The notes beneath the pieces were generated by a model that did not search any database, was not told the DNA's origin, and was given only the letters and a program-made list of their open reading frames with translations. From NCBI GenBank assembly GCA_043819795.1, contig JBDREN010000090.1, forward strand, positions 1-58,513: a stretch of DNA of 58,513 nucleotides, given 5' to 3'. This DNA comes from Elusimicrobiota bacterium. GTDB taxonomy: Bacteria; Elusimicrobiota; Elusimicrobia; UBA1565. The position numbers were made by a program, and so were the translations under genes. This document shows, one piece after another, positions 55,684-58,513 of the stretch. Within the stretch, counting starts at the first letter, position 1, and each line of letters begins with the position of its first letter.

Positions 55684-58220
55684 CGCTTTTCAAGAGGCTC
55701 TACCTTCGTCATTGGCCGCGACTGCTCTTCTTCTCCTCCTGCATCGCCCTGGGCGTCGCGTTCCTGTTCGGCACGGGGAATCTGCTGGCGGCGGTGGATC
55801 GGGCCGTCGGAGCCCGGGCCCGGGAATTACTGTCCGCGGACGTGGAAGTCGCGTCGAACCGTCCCTTCGGCCCGGCCGCGCGGGAGATGTTCGAGCTCCT
55901 CGAAAGCGAGGGCGTGAGGATCGGGAAGGTCGTATCCTTCTCGTCGATGCTCCGGCCCGAGCGCGAGGGGACCGCGCCCTTTTTGGTCAGCGTGAAGGCG
56001 ATCGACGGGGCATATCCCCTCTATGGGGACCTGGTCGTCGATCCTCCCGGGGCGCGCGCGGCCTTGACCCGCGCGGGGGCCTGCCTGCTCGACGAGGCGG
56101 GCGCCCTGCAGCACGGCCTCTCGCCCGGGGATACGGTCCGCCTCGGCGCGGTGAGATTGCGCGTCTCGGGCTTGATCAAGGCCGAGCCGGATCGGACGCT
56201 TGCCCGGTTCGCGTTGGCTCCCCGTCTCATCATCTCCCAAAGCCAGGTGGAGGAAACGGGACTCGTGCGCTTCGGAAGCCGGATACGGCATCAGCGGCTG
56301 CTGGCTCTGGCGAGATCTCCGGACCCCGCCGCGGCCGCCCGCCGCTTGAGCGCCCGGCTGGAGGAGCGCTTGGATGATCCCTACCTGAGGATCACCGCGT
56401 ACCCCGATTCGGAGCCCAGGGTACGCCGCGTCCTGAGGCGGTTGACCGGGTTCTTCGCGCTTGTCTCGATCGTCGTCTTGCTGCTCGGGGCCGTCGGCAT
56501 GGCGGCCAGCATCGCTTTGTTTTTGGACGGGCAGACGGAAACGGCGGCGATCTTGCGCTGTCTCGGGCTCGGTCCGCGCGCGGTCGCGCGGCTCTATCAT
56601 GGGCTCTGCCTGGCGGTCGGCCTGCAGGGGGGCGCGCTGGGCGTCGCGGGGGGATGGCTGCTCAGCGCCGCGGCCATTCGGATCGTCACCGGCTATTTCA
56701 GCCTGAGGCTTCCGGTCGAAGCCGTATTCGATAAAAGCTCGCTCGCCGAAGCGTTCCTGGTCGCCTGCGTGCTCTCGGTCGGCGTTCCCTTCGCGAAGGT
56801 CCGCGCCTTGTCGCGTCTTTCGCCGCTGGACATCCTGCGCGAACGGCGGCGGGGGATCCCGCCGACTCCCTGGGCCTTCGGGATCGTCATAGCCCTGGCG
56901 GCGGGCGGCGTCTTCTTATACTCCTTTCTCAGATCCGACAGCTGGGAGCTCGCCGGAGGCTTCAGCGCGGGCCTTATCGGAGCGGGCGCGGCGGTCTCGA
57001 TGCTGACATGGGCGGCCCTGAAGGGGGCCGACGTCTTCGCCACGAAGCTGCGCGCGGCTCCGTTCGCCGTCCGCCACGGGATGCTCCAGCTGGCCCGGAG
57101 GCGCGCCCGGTCGCTGGTATTCCTGTTCACTTTATCCGCCGGCTTCAGCCTCCTGGGAGCGCTCGACCTGGTCCGGACGAGCCTGGGTCGCGAGATCCTG
57201 CTCGGGAAAGCCGAAGACCTCCCCGACCTTTTCATGGTCGACGTGCAGCCGCGGCAGCTTGACGGCGTGCGGGAACTGGCCCGGCGTTTCGGGCGCGGAT
57301 CCGCCGAGTTCGCGCCGTTGATCCGGGCCCGGCTCACTCATATCTCGGGGAAGTCCATCCGCGACCAAGACCTGAAAGGGCTGATCGTCGAAAAGAGATC
57401 GCGGCGGCGGTTTCTGACGCGCGAGTACAATCTGACCTACAAAGACCGGATGCACAAGAGCGAGGAGGTCGTGAGCGGCCGGTTTTGGGACCCGGAGGAA
57501 TCGACGCCGCAGATCAGCTTGGAGCGGGGTTTTTCCGAACGGACAGGCATCGGGATGGGGGATGTCCTGAGATTCGATATCCAGGGCCGGTTCATCGAGG
57601 CGCCGGTCACCTCCATCCGAAAGATCGAATGGATCTCGATGAGGCCGAATTTCTTCATCGTCTTTACGCCGGCCATCCTCGAAAAGGCGCCGCGGAACTT
57701 CGTGGGATCGCTCCGGATCCGCGATCCGGAGCGCATCGCGGCCTTTACGGCCGAGCTCGGGCGCCGGTTCTCGAACGTCTCGGTGATCGACATCACCAAG
57801 GCCTTCGACAATATCTCCTCGGTGCTCGAGACGCTGCTCGAGGCCTTGAAGGCCGTCGCGTGGTTCTGCGTGGCGGTCGGGCTTTTGGTGCTCGCCGGGA
57901 CCTTGGGGCTCGATCATAAGGAGCGCCGGAGCCAGGCCGCGCTGTTTAGGGCCATGGGGTGCGGCCGCGGGCTGGTGGTCATGACCGACGCCGTCGAGCT
58001 CATCGTGACCGGCCTCCTGACCTTCGCGATCGGCGGGGCGGTCGCGTACGGCTTGGGGTGGTTCATCTCCCTGCGGCTGGAGCTCCGCTTCGCCTCGGAC
58101 TCCGCGACGGTCGTGCGGACCTTGGCGGCCGCGATCGTCCTCCCTTTGGCCGTGGGCCTGGCGGTGAACGCACGCGCCTACGGGGCCTCCGTGCTTGAGA
58201 CTCTCCGTCGCGAGGCCTGA
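55680..58220 (+). CDS. ybbP: ABC transporter permease with two FtsX domains (YbbP-like)
   Basis: ARELLSAD, YPLYG, FGSR, PDLFMVDVQ, REYNLTY, SIRKIEWISMRPNFF. Confidence 0.9.
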   Translation: MTLFKRLYLRHWPRLLFFSSCIALGVAFLFGTGNLLAAVDRAVGARARELLSADVEVASNRPFGPAAREMFELLESEGVRIGKVVSFSSMLRPEREGTAPFLVSVKAIDGAYPLYGDLVVDPPGARAALTRAGACLLDEAGALQHGLSPGDTVRLGAVRLRVSGLIKAEPDRTLARFALAPRLIISQSQVEETGLVRFGSRIRHQRLLALARSPDPAAAARRLSARLEERLDDPYLRITAYPDSEPRVRRVLRRLTGFFALVSIVVLLLGAVGMAASIALFLDGQTETAAILRCLGLGPRAVARLYHGLCLAVGLQGGALGVAGGWLLSAAAIRIVTGYFSLRLPVEAVFDKSSLAEAFLVACVLSVGVPFAKVRALSRLSPLDILRERRRGIPPTPWAFGIVIALAAGGVFLYSFLRSDSWELAGGFSAGLIGAGAAVSMLTWAALKGADVFATKLRAAPFAVRHGMLQLARRRARSLVFLFTLSAGFSLLGALDLVRTSLGREILLGKAEDLPDLFMVDVQPRQLDGVRELARRFGRGSAEFAPLIRARLTHISGKSIRDQDLKGLIVEKRSRRRFLTREYNLTYKDRMHKSEEVVSGRFWDPEESTPQISLERGFSERTGIGMGDVLRFDIQGRFIEAPVTSIRKIEWISMRPNFFIVFTPAILEKAPRNFVGSLRIRDPERIAAFTAELGRRFSNVSVIDITKAFDNISSVLETLLEALKAVAWFCVAVGLLVLAGTLGLDHKERRSQAALFRAMGCGRGLVVMTDAVELIVTGLLTFAIGGAVAYGLGWFISLRLELRFASDSATVVRTLAAAIVLPLAVGLAVNARAYGASVLETLRREA

Positions 58221-58235
58221 ACGTGTCTCGGTCTC

Positions 58236-58330
58236 GGTGTCAGGCTATGTCTTTTGTGACTTATCTCAGGATTGCGGCGGCGAGGCGTGGCCCAAAGTCA
58301 AACAAGTCACAAAAGTCATAGCCTGACCCC
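58236..58330. mobile_element. 95-bp RAYT-type MITE
   Basis: TIR GGTGTCAGGCTATGTCTTTTGTGACTT / AAGTCACAAAAGTCATAGCCTGACCCC. Confidence 0.8.
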
Positions 58331-58358
58331 GGTACCCTGTTGAACGCGATTGAATGCG

Positions 58359-58439
58359 ATTTTCTCGACGGGACCCACTCTGTTCCGAGAAGAACCAAAG
58401 TGGATCTTCTCGGAATAGAGTGGGTCCCGTCGAGAAAAT
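58359..58439. repeat. 35-bp-arm hairpin (REP/REPIN-like)
   Basis: Arms 58359-58393 and 58405-58439 with a single G-T pair; 11-nt loop. Confidence 0.8.
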
Positions 58440-58513
58440 GGGGTTCAAAGCCGGTCAACTGATTTCTTCTCCAGATTGCCGCACTTGCGTAGAATCTTGA
58501 GCCGGAAGTAGGT

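Overview
GC-rich bacterial chromosome segment; an Elusimicrobiota-like origin is my inference from protein style only. (1) 894-8618: a minus-strand tRNA-Phe(GAA) interrupted by a 271-nt ORF-less group I intron at the unusual position 31/32. It forms one end of a ~7.7-kb integrative element whose other end is an intron-less 5' fragment of the same tRNA sitting behind a promoter-like box. The element encodes a replication-relaxation protein, excisionase, tyrosine integrase, MNT-HEPN, an AbiE-like pair and a second HEPN. (2) 8.8-29.6 kb: housekeeping genes (rfbA, rfbC, Rieske ferredoxin, malQ, MFS, clpP, M28 peptidase, pta), lineage-specific secreted/membrane proteins including a ~1570-aa triple-repeat membrane protein, a Tad-like pilin, a GT2 and a hybrid kinase. 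(3) 29.7-45.3 kb: an atypical Pel exopolysaccharide operon. PelA lacks its hydrolase domain, there is no pelC, REC and HEAT genes are added, and pelG is broken by an in-frame TAG. (4) 45.4-49.9 kb: a mobile-DNA hotspot with RAYT-type MITEs bracketing a candidate TPR polymorphic toxin/immunity pair, a nested MITE, a duplicated gene fragment, and an IS110-family element inserted in a MITE end whose bridge-RNA target guides can be read from the sequence. (5) 50-58.5 kb: Sel1, beta-helix/TSP3, ORF6N, tesA-ybbA-ybbP and further MITE/hairpin elements. All calls come from visual motif recognition; no searches were run.
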